Shown one piece after another: positions 35,701 through 47,000 of a stretch of 64,000 nucleotides of DNA. The stretch lies in contig JAQGDQ010000030.1 of the NCBI GenBank assembly GCA_030141605.1, positions 62,001 to 126,000 on the forward strand, read 5' to 3'. The position numbers and the translations under genes are program-made. The stretch comes from Tubiluchus corallicola (taxonomy: Eukaryota > Animalia > Priapulida). How positions within the stretch are numbered: position 1 is the first letter of the stretch; each line of letters starts with the position of its first letter. The notes beneath the pieces were generated by a model. That model saw only the letters and a list, made by a program, of their open reading frames with translations. It was not told the DNA's origin and ran no database searches.

Positions 35701-38700
35701 AAGTCTGGCATGTAGTGTACAGGTGAGGTAGTTTAATTATATTACTACAGTTAAGACATAGCTGCCAATAGGAATCTTTAAGGCAGAGAAAGTGGTATGT
35801 ATTTCACATCTTGTAATCTAGTTTAAAATAATACAAAGTTTGAAGTTGCTGAATGATATGGTAAGTTTTCTTTTTTACGTTTATGAAGTAATGTATAATA
35901 TCCGTGTGTTAAGTGTGTACTGTATAATTTTATTTCTGTGTAAATACTGATAATTTTTATTTATTGTTATAAATTGGTGTAGGCGCTATGCAAATTCTAA
36001 AACTAAAATTTTTCGATAAAAATGAGTAGACTTTTCAGTTTAAAAACTTTAATAGTAGTTTTCGTTTTAGGAGGAATGGTGTGTATCATGCTACTGTTCT
36101 TATATATCCTGCTTGGTGTTCCCATGTGGCCATGTGATGGTCTTAGTGCTCCAAATTTTTATAAATATGTTTCCGCGCTCTTTCCCACCATTTTTACCTG
36201 TGTTACATTACTATACATTTTTAATTGGAAAGCCTATCTTATTTTCGAGGAACCCTTCCTCCAATACTCTGCGCCTTCAGTCATGTGAACGCCTTGCATG
36301 GAAAATTGTACAGTATGTTACTTATGTGGCTAATCTTGGGGTTTTACCCCATTAACCCATTGTATTCCAGTGCAACTGCAAATAGAAGAGCTTTCGCGGC
36401 GACTTAGAACAGGAGATCTTGGAATTTCACCAAATCCCGAAGAAAGGTTGGAACAGTGCGGACTCAAAAACGGACTAGTGGGCGACAGCCTGCCCCCGTT
36501 CAGAGTCTGTTTTTTAACATCTTATTCATTTAATTGTATTATCAGTTTATCGCATATTGGTACTATTAGTAAACATGTGCCTTGCAATATGTTTTCTAAT
36601 AATATTGATAATTTATTAATTACTTTGAGCTATTACACATTTAAAAACAGTTTTTTGATATTTCTCAACTTTCCCTTCCCAGCAGATGAGATAAGATGAT
36701 TACCAAAAACGTTATGCAGTTAATAGTCTCTTTGTTGATGGTACCGCATGTAAATCATTTGGTTGTAACAATATGCTAAGCATTTATAACTTGCTTTTTT
36801 CATTTAATTTTATAAATTGGGCTATTTTTAAGGCGTGATCAGCTCAGTAGTTTACCGAACTGATCAGTAATTAAAGATGAGCCGATAAGAACTTGTTCAC
36901 GGATCGCAACCGAATGCCACTGCTCAGTCGTCGATCACTGATTGGCTAGGCCCATCACTAATTTGTACTTTAATACACACATTGTGTACATATATTAATT
37001 TTATAGGCTATGCTAATAAGGATGGGTTGGGCTATATTTTTGGGCTGTGTTTTCAAACTCCTAACGTTAGTTACTACCAAACTTTTGTTTTTTTCTTAGT
37101 CATTAATTGTTGTGTGATTTAAAAACAAAATGTCACCAGTGTAGATATTTTCGTCCCTTACAGAAACTTGCGCACCCATCTTAAATCAGTTCTTGCAACA
37201 AAACATGATTTCATTTTACACAGTTCCTAGTTTGGTGTGTGCAGTCTGCATTGTACAATGCACACGCCTTCCGTTCTAGCCAATCTTATAAAATTGCCTT
37301 GCAAATGTGTTTTTAGTTTTCAAGCGATTGTATAATTGTTGGCTGTTTGCTTTGTTTTTACGCATTTCATAATGAGATTTTGATTTTTATCAATCGTTTT
37401 TAACAAACAGATTTTATTTTTAGATCAATTAATGAAACTTATTTTTAATAAGGCTTTGCAGATTTACAGGGAAACCTTTTGACTTTCTTAATCAGGTTAT
37501 GAACAGCTATGAATATCGCAATTAAATTTTAATGTTGTAGTATTGTGCTGCTAATGTTTAATTACTTTTTGTAATTTTGTTTTCAATAATTTGTGTTTTT
37601 GCAGAAGTTCCACTTTCTTGGTATTATGTACTTGTTCTCTAGCATTGCTTATATTACCTAGTTATCCCAAGTTAACTTACCTTTCTTAAGCTGCTCTTTA
37701 TTCTTATTTGTCAGTTAATATGACTGATATCACTCTATATCAGATGAAACTGACAAATTTATAAAAGTGTTTTAACTATTTGTAAGATCACAAAACCTAA
37801 ATTTATATAGGTCATGAAACATAGGTAGCTCCTGTTTAATATATACATAATTATCAGAAGATTAATGTGTATATAGTTTCCCACTTGCCTGCACTTTGTC
37901 TTCGTACTAAAGGTCGCTGGTAAAGTACCTTGACTGAATTGACATAAACGCCTTGGTAGATTGCACCTTTGCTTACAGTTTAGCAAATGCTTTGATGATA
38001 TCTGAATTTCGTAAAGTCAAACGATCAGAATCTCTGCTGATTAATTTGGCGTAATTAGTAATAATTTAAATTCTTTTCATAGTACTTTTCACACAGATTA
38101 CCATGCTGACTACTCTTTCTTTCAGCTACTAAGCTTACATTAGTATGAATTATGTTATGCCAAACTTGTTTTGTTAACAGGTTGTGGAAATCAATTGTCT
38201 AAATTACTAATATTTCCATAATAATGCTTATTACTCCATGCATCGCCACACTGTATCAAGTTTCTTGTGAAATGTGCTTAAAAAATTTTTTTAGTATAAA
38301 ACCACATTTTAGGCCACTGGGCAAAACAACACATTTTGGTGTTCCAATATTAACTGGTATGACACATCTGTTGATATAATATTTGATTCGATGATCAACT
38401 AGATACAATTACAATCATGCTTTAATTAAACCTGGAACATGCTTTGAAATGTGCACAGATTACATTTGTTTTACAGTCGTGTAATCTCCAGCAAACGCTG
38501 CTATTTTCAAGTGCTTCCTAACAGGCTCACATATAAAAGCATTTTTTCATATTTAGTAAGCAATAGTGTTTATGGAAAGTATTGGAATAAATTTATAGTG
38601 TGATGGCCACAACATTAAATCATTTTATAAAGAATCTAATCACATTCTTGCCAGATTTCTTTGAAGCTTTTGAAATAATAGTGTTTGAAATGTTATTAAT

Positions 38701-41700
38701 AATGACATGCATCAGTCAGATTAACGGTCCAGCATTTGTTTCCTGTAAGAACTGAAAACATTCCTATTAATTATTAATTTTAGGAAATAATTAAATGATT
38801 ATTGTTTAAAGTCACAATATTATTGTAATGTTTTAATACTAGTTTATTTTAGAGTCTTTGTATTGTTCTCCTTGCTTGTGTACCTGTCTAATGGTCGCTA
38901 AGCCATTTTTGTTTTTTTCAGATCTCCATCGCCGGAGCCTATCTACAATAATGAAGGTAAACGATTGAACACTCGAGATTATAGAACCAGGAAGAGGCTG
39001 GAAGAAGAAAGGCACAATCTCATTCAAGAGATCTTAAAACTGAATCCAGAATTTAAACCACCAGCTGATTACAAGTATGATAGTGATTTATTATGTGGAA
39101 TCAATCAAACTAAATCATGGATAAAACTAAAACCTTAGTTGATCAGAATGTAGCTCAGAGAGATGTTTATTTGAGGCTGCTGTCAAAGGCCAAAAAAGCT
39201 GTTGTCACAAGTCATCAATATTAATTGCTAATTACGGCTGCTTTTGTAGCTCTTTGTCATGTATGAAATATTTTACAAAGCACTTATTCGCATGATTGAG
39301 CTGAATCAGTGAGGGCAATGATTTTCTGCAACAAGGAGATGTCTTCTATTGCTACAAGGACAAAGTTGCATTTTTTTATTAATACATCAAACTGTTTTTC
39401 TAAGGCAACCTTGTAACCATTTTTCAAATGACGATTACTTGGGCAATAAAACTGTTCAGAATCAATTAAACGTAAAAACTTAGTCCAGCAAATTTCATGT
39501 AACTTAGTCCAGTAAATTTCATGTTTTGTTAAGTGTAGTAAATGTTTCAGTTCGTAAATTTGTGATTCGTAATTTGATTGTACTACGTTTACTTTTTCTA
39601 CTTCTAGACCTCCTATGGTAAGAGTAAGTGACAAAGTTATGATTCCGCAAGATGAACACCCAGATATAAATTTCGTTGGTCTGTTAATCGGCCCCAGGGG
39701 CAACACTCTGAAAAACCTGGAAAAAGACGTAAGTCTTCTACTACCCTATGGTTGTGGCATGAGATGTTGAATTTTTTAGATTTTTCTCTCCATTGTGAAA
39801 TTGCGATAAGATTTGTATCATCATATTTATAACTAGAAAAGACTAATCCAAAATAGTAACTTATTCAGTAGTCTCAATAGGTTTGATCTATTATTGCAAA
39901 ATGTGTTGTTTTGGATTTGACTAAGGTTAATTAATGTGCATTTCCATGTTGACCTCATATTATAAATGTTTTCAGAAGTATTTTAAAAGCTATTCTGTAA
40001 AAGTTACCTTCATGCCTTGCTTAGCTTCCTGCGTCATGCTTAATTGCTCTTTATAGACTGGAGCTAAGATTATAATTCGTGGAAAGGGTTCTGTAAAAGA
40101 AGGTAAGATTGGCCGGAAGGATGGCCAGCCTTTGCCTGGAGAGGATGAGCCTCTACATGCATATATCACTGCGAATAATCCGGAAAGTGTGCAGAAAGCA
40201 TTGGTTAAGGTTTGTACGAGTTGCTAGCAGTTTCATGTGTACTAATTGTGCAATGTTTTAAGTTTTTTCATGCTTGTGGAGTTCACTGTAAAGTTAATTG
40301 CTGATTCTGAATCTAAAACATGAATATTTCATTAACAATATGCAATTTTAGTTTTTGTCATGATTTTTATTACTGAGAAAACTTTGATGTACTATTCACT
40401 GTGCTTTAACAAGGCATTTTATGTACAGGCACATCGTTTTACAAAAGTAAAAGGTATAGACGTAAAGTTTGTTATCGTTTTCTATATTTCTTTATCACCC
40501 TTAGTATTATGCTTGTTTTACTAGATAAGGACAGGTAAGCTACACTGAATATCGTGAAGATAGAACGTATGTTACACACATCCTCCAGCAGCATGCATCC
40601 TTTTACATGGTTATTCGTTTTACTAGATTAAAGACATAATAAAGCAAGGAATAGAGGTACCAGAGGGTCAGAACGACTTGCGTCGAATGCAGTTGAGAGA
40701 GCTTGCACTTTTGAATGGTACCCTGCGTGAGAATGAGGGTCCGCGCTGCACGAATTGTGGAGCCAACACACATCGTAGCTGGCAATGTCCTGAAAGACCA
40801 AACATTACTAACAATGTCATGTGTACAAACTGTGGTGGTGTGGGACACATTGCTAGTGATTGTCGGGAGAAACGGTAATGACATTTAATTACTGCTGTGT
40901 TCCTTCCATTTGGAGAATAAACAATTTCTAACCACTAAGGTTTAAACTTGGCACCATCTAGTAGTACTGCTGCAGCTGGTTCCAGAATTGAATCTAGGCT
41001 GAGGACTTTACTTTTAAATAACTAGGTGAGGTGAATAGTGGAGTGGTCATGGTCAGCGTGTGTGCTGAGCAGTATCAATACAGTGTTCAGTGAATGGATG
41101 AAATTTTTACTGTGTAATTTTGTTTATTTAAAACAGTGCATTTTAAATCTACAATCATTCATGGGTCATCGTAAAAATATTGCATCATATTCAATATTCA
41201 TGTATATTTATATATAAAATAAATTACTATTCCATGGGAACATCTTTGTCTGCAGTGTCGCACTATAGATGATTAGCCTTGATAACGAACAAAGTTCAGA
41301 TCCTGCCACTATCATGCATATTAAGTAGGCCTTGCCATCGAGTGTTGCATTCCTACTTGCAGCATCCCAAACTGTACAAAAAAGCTCACGGCAAAAGAAA
41401 CAATAGTAACTTTCTTGTTTACACCAAACATTCCATTGTACATAATAAAATATTTGAGTTACTTAGAAGTAACCAGATAAATATTTATTTGATTAGTTTC
41501 TGATTTAGTTGTTGGTTTATAGTTTTTTGTTTCTGTTGTTTATTCACTCATCTTTTTTTGCAGGCCAGGTTTAGGTGGAGTTGCAGCTGCTGTATCAGCC
41601 ACACCATTTCCTGGTCTTCCCGGAGCAGACAAATCTAAAATTGATGAAGAATACATGTCACTGATGGCCGAGTTAGGCGAGGGACCAGCGCCACCTCCAA

Positions 41701-43327
41701 GGGAGCAACCAGAAACTAGCTGGGGTGCGCCAGTAACGCAGACAACTCGCCCTTCTCTTTATTCGGGTCCACCAGGGCCAGCAAGTACTGGTGGACCGCT
41801 GCCTGCATTGGTAGGATTGATCTTGATAACTTGTTTTTTAATTAGCAAAAATCTGAATAAGAATTTCCAATATGGTGTTTCTCGAGTGCATTTTGCATTT
41901 GATTTAAGTTTAAAAAAAGTATTGGCCATAAGTGCACCAGTTAGGAACAGAACAGGAGTTTATCGTGTTATGCTTAAACTGCTAAGTTTCATATAAGGAA
42001 CAAAAAATTAGCATGTTAATAAGCTACGATGTAACTAAAAGTAGTAGTGAAAAGACACTGTAAACTATCAAACTTGGGATTTAATGTGTTCCCATCTGTT
42101 TGATTTTAAGTTACTTCGTTTTTTAGCCAAATGCAGGTATTCGTGGGCCACCACCAAGACTACAAATGCCGCCACCACGTGAAGGAGCGCCTTGGGGCCA
42201 AGGGCCTCCTGGATCCCAGCCAGTCAGTGGACCTGGTCAGCAGCATGCTGGAGCACCACCGCCTTTGATGTCGCAGTCAGTGGGTCCCCCGCCATGGGCA
42301 GGTCAAGGATCGGTGATGCCTGTGCCACCACCTAGCTCTGGTGTGGGACCTCCTTCCAGTGGAGCTACAGCAGCAACGACATCTGGTGCAGGATTCAGTA
42401 AGTGATGCCTTTAAGATCAGTTTCAAGCTTGATCTCAATTGTACATAAGTCCTGCAAAACTGTTGAAAAAAACGTATTGACTTTAATTTAGTTTTATGGC
42501 AATTTTGATTTGTAGAACTTTTTTGATAATTAATTGTTTTATAGATGCTCCACAGTCTGGATTATTAACTGCTCCACCTCCACCGCCTCCCAACAGTCAA
42601 GCTGGTGGAGGTAGTGGAAGCGGATTTCCTGGATTTGGAGGACAAGGTGCCTCTCCGTGGCAAGCTGGTAAAATTCTTTTTTTTATTTTGCTGGGTTAAT
42701 GATTGCTTAATATATTATAGGTCAGCATTGTTGTTATTTGAAAAACGTTGCAAAGAATTTCAAAATGTGTTGTGTGGAGTGTTTTACTTGTGTTTAATCA
42801 TGTAATTGTGTTTAATACACTTTAAAACTTACACTTTGCAGTATTCCTGCATTGAGCAAACTGATTTGCAGGGGTTAAACTGCGCCAAAATTTGCAGTCA
42901 TTTAATGATTCGCATACTTGATTGCTTCAATTTGCTCGTTTCATTTTTCTCAATACTTTCTTTGATTAAAGTAAAGACCATGATTTCCATGTCTGCTCTA
43001 GTGCAAGTTCAGTCTTATGCGTGGAGATGCTAACTTTAATATCTTGTCTGACATATTGAACTAAAAAGATTTTTTTATCTATTTTTAGGTACAGTCCCTC
43101 CACCACAAGTAAACAACCCTTGGCCACACGGAGCACCTCCACCCTGGCAAGGTATGATGGGTGTACCACCACCTGTTCCACCACCAGTGGGAGTGGGCCC
43201 ACCTCCTCCGCCACCTTCATCGGGGGCTGCAGGACAGGGTCAGCAAAGCGGCATCGATATTAATATATTGGCTGCAGCAGGTTTACCTAATCTTCTTGCT
43301 GCCCCTCCACCTCCACCCCCTAGTTAA
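32764..43327 (+). CDS. SF1: Splicing factor 1 / branchpoint-binding protein (ULM, SPSP, KH-QUA2, two CCHC zinc knuckles, Pro-rich tail), 681 aa
   Basis: Exons: 32764-32929, 34520-34768, 36371-36446, 38922-39074, 39608-39728, 40057-40209, 40627-40874, 41564-41810, 42127-42397, 42545-42667, 43089-43327 (2046 nt, frame continuous). Motifs: [12 protein letters not shown] start, [58 protein letters not shown]2 [35 protein letters not shown] and [26 protein letters not shown]. Confidence 0.96.
33258..34108. mobile_element. MITE of about 850 bp with about 40-bp TIRs in SF1 intron 1
   Basis: CGGCGCTATTACACTTTCGCACCGCCTAGCTTTTTCTAG versus CTAGAAAAAACTAGGAGGCGCGAAAGTGTAATAGTGCCG. Superfamily not determinable. 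Confidence 0.75.
34811..35108. mobile_element. Small MITE (about 298 bp) with perfect 15-bp TIRs in SF1 intron 2
   Basis: AACCTATCCGCATTT (34811-34825) and AAATGCGGATAGGTT (35094-35108). Confidence 0.65.
36447..36518 (+). promoter_or_regulatory. Predicted RNA stem-loop beginning at and pairing with the SF1 exon-3 5' splice site
   Basis: Helices GUUGGAA/UUUUAAC, GCGGACUC/GAGUCUGU, AACGG/CCGUU and GUGGGC/GCCUGC, closed by a GACA loop. It is a GC-rich island within an AT-rich intron. Confidence 0.6.
40525..40534 (+). other. Candidate 10-nt poison microexon in SF1 intron 6
   Basis: TTGTTTTACTAG|ATAAGGACAG|GTAAGC. Inclusion gives ATA AGG ACA GAT TAA, an immediate stop in exon 7. Confidence 0.4.
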
Positions 43328-43520
43328 GCAAACATGCATCCGTTTCACTAAAATATGGTAAATCGATGTTCCTGAAAATAATTTAACTTTATTGCATGTA
43401 TCAGTGTATTTTAGCTGAATAATTTGGCACAGTTTGTTAGGTTTTAAAATGCACTATCCTTGTTTACTTGTTTGACATTATGTAGACTGTTTTACGGTGA
43501 CAAATCTGAATAACACGACT

Positions 43521-43526
43521 AATAAA
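43521..43526 (+). terminator. Candidate SF1 polyadenylation signal
   Basis: AATAAA about 195 nt after the SF1 stop, followed by a U/GU-rich tract. Further AATAAA copies occur at about 43759 and about 43801. Confidence 0.4.
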
Positions 43527-44028
43527 TTTACATTTAACAACTCTTGCTTTCTTGTAAGTGATACTACTATATAAATTGAAAAGTTTTGTTCAATTGTGTA
43601 CTAATCGTACAAAAATTCATTAATTAAACATGTTTATCATAAATAAATTGATTTTGTGTTCGTGAATTCACAAGTATCTTGTTTGTCGAAAGCATAAAGT
43701 TTAAAGTTGCACGATTGATTACTCATGGTCACATTTATTTTTGCTATAAATAGACGCAATAAATATATGATATATGAATCGTAAGATGATACTAAATATA
43801 AATAAAAAAGAAATACATTTTTTAGACTACAAAACAGGCACAAAATGATGATATAAAGCACATTAATTACAAGCTCCAACAAGAAGCATTAAGCACCTTC
43901 TTGTAGGATTGAATATCAGTATTTATCTCAAGCGCAACACTGGAAGCAATTTGCACTTTCTATCTAACATGCACACATTCTGCACCAAATTAAAGTGTAT
44001 AATTAAGAAAGTAAGCAACAATTGGGTG

Positions 44029-47000
44029 TCATGCGTCCTTTAGCAAGTTCCAAACTTCGTCTGCTTTCATGCGTAAACTCTCGTTGTTATGGGTACGCAG
44101 CTTGTCTAAAATTTTTCCTATCCCACAGTCTTTGATGTCATCCTTTAGGGTATCTTAAATTACAAAACAAGCCGTGGTTACACACACTTATTAAAAAATT
44201 CAACTTGAGAAAACTTATTTTGACAATATTGATTTTTGCTGATAATTGGAGTCAGGAACCCCAATCTCGAACTGTTGGTCCTGGCAGGAACCCTGATTTC
44301 AACTAATACACCCCAGACACCCCTATCCCACATATAGTTTTGTTGAAAGTTTGAATAATGATTAACACATGTTAACAAACAAGGAATAAATTGAATGAAT
44401 GCATGAAAATTTTATCTAGCATACCACACAGAATATGCCGGATAAGTGCCAATAACCTTTAAAACAATTTCAACAAATCTTTCGCAATGCTAATTTTTTT
44501 ACGCATTTTACCAACACGTGACAATATCAAACAAGGAAATGTTTTATAGTACATATTAACAAGCAAAAATATCCTCAATAGAGTTATACAAACAACAATA
44601 AAATATCCAATGGACAAATTTTTTACTGCAGCTTAATTAACATTCGTCATAATAACAGTAATTACGTAACTTGCTGCAGAACCCTGAAAAGCTTGTAAGA
44701 GAAACTGACTGTGAAACAGGTATGTGAACTTGCTAGTACTGACATTGTAAAGAGAAGGGAGGAGCGAGAAGTAACGATGGTAAAACACAATAGAAATCTA
44801 TGCAGATACATCATTCTATTTACCTGATAACATCATGGCACTAATTGTAGTTAACGTGTTATACAGAATCTCTGCCTCTCGTTCCTCATTCTGGAGCAGC
44901 TCATACAGCGTCTTGACGGCAGTAGCTTGATGCAAGACAGGAGCGGCAGTATCTGTAATGGTTAAATTATTGTCAGTTTAGTCACCAGCCAGATGACTCT
45001 GTCTGCTCTAGCTAGCACATTATGCTTAGATGTAAATTTTATTGAAACTATGTTACAGAGAAATTAAAAACAGAAAAGCTGAGATCGAAATATGTCTGCA
45101 CATTTAGACTGAAAAAAACTGTTGTAATGCGATCGCTTTCACTGTCTCAAGATTGATAAAATTTCCTTCATATGACTCTTTAATGCTCTTTGGCGTACAA
45201 ACAATTAAAAGTCACAAAAATATACGAACCATATGTTAAAGAACACAATTACGTAAATGCTTAAAAGACTAACCTTACTGTTACACAGACACAGATTAAA
45301 ATAACAAAAAGTTAAAAAGCTTCTAATAATAAAGGTGTTTTAATGTGACTCTTAAAAACATTGCATTTTACACAAATCCAGCAAGTACCGGCATGCCTTT
45401 ATTTCTTGCAGCTGTTGTCATTTGCACTCATTATCACTCATTCATTATACACTATTCATTATTATTATCGTAGTAAACTAATTAACATGCATCGTTGTCT
45501 TACTGGGCGTCAATGGCATGGCATGCCTGCAGTTCAAAAACTGCAGCTTCCTACATGAATATACCGTATTCGTCAAAATGTGCTAAACAGTGAAAACACT
45601 GACTAAGTTGGCAAAGTTGAACAGAAAACCATGGAAGAAATTCCGGTATTATACACTAAGAGGCAAAATTCTGTTTGAACTGACATTAGGCAATGCTGAA
45701 CCTGGCCAGTAGACTGACGAGTGATAAATGTAAAAACTGGTACTGGGCCATGTCATTGTCACACTGCCTTCGCCTCATTATCTCGTTGAAAAAAGGTGTA
45801 TAGTGTCATGAAGTCAAGTGTCGCTAAGACACCTGTGTAAATTCAGTTTGATTATCCTCGGTGAGATTCCCATCCTAATACACAGTACAACCATCCATAT
45901 AATAAGAAAGCTCTGTCATTGAATGCTGGACTTGTGCACTGCAGAAAGCCGAGCTGTTGTGACAGGCGGCTTCACTTTTCACACTGTCAGTCAGTATTTA
46001 CAACTTCAATTAATATCAACGTCAACAGTAGGAACTAGACGCACTTGGGATTGACCAAGTTTTGACCCAATTACCCTAGTTCAGTACTAGTACAGAACTA
46101 TGCGTCATCACTCCTAAGCTTAGTATGCAATGCAAAGCCAGCAGGAGTTTTAAATGTGACATCGTTATGCTTATCCTCTTATTTTTCAAAATTAACACCC
46201 TGCTCCTAGTTGCTCTATGGTATTTACGCTTGTAAAGTCGCAAAGAATGCTGGTATGTTACTGCCCTGCATTGGTGGCAAACAGCAACAGTTAACTGATT
46301 AAACGTTCTATGCAAAGCAGCAAGAGCTTCAAAACGAAACCTCTAGACATATGATTAAAAGTTTGGCTTCCTTAAATACTTGGCAAATGAGGTTAACTGC
46401 AGTGGAAGAGCAGATTACACATTTAAAACAAAAGCACTAGTCGAGCATATTAGTGCATGATACTAGCACCTGCTTACAAACAAAATGGTACTTGATATGA
46501 TTGTTTCTACATACATGTATATTACAGTGTGCAAAAATGAAGTAAAGATGACATAAAAGTAAGAAAATCTCTTTGATCACACACAAGCGTCTTATTTTAA
46601 GTACACAAAGCAAAAATATTGAGTCAATTATGCAGAGTTATTTGAGTCAATTGCTGGTGGTTTATATATACATTTGAATAGGAGTAGCCCGTACAAGATG
46701 TTTTTGAGTCAGTCAGGCGAGTGATTCTATTAACCTTAAAGCTAATAAATGACACCCACTGTAATTATTACCTATTGCCAAAGTGGACATCAAACTTAAT
46801 GCAATCAGCGCTTCATTCTGCATTACGCTATAATCAGACGTTGCCATGGATACCAGAGACGGAACGCCACCTTCGTCAATAATACACTGGACAACATTGG
46901 TCGATTTGGAATGTTTGATAAGAGCTGCCAGCAGTCTGTTAGCTTCCCCTGTCAAAAACAATAGCCAATAAAACTTGAAGTTAAACTGCAGCAATAAATT

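Noticed and set aside
36830-36960. Imperfect palindrome ending CCCATCACTA (hAT-like); similar TCGAATA-rich fragment at 7560-7630
   Set aside because: Probably hAT MITE debris, but no matching TIR pair or 8-bp TSD could be defined.
39284-39706. 140-aa - strand ORF
   Set aside because: Antisense to SF1 exon 5 plus intron, with no recognisable protein features.
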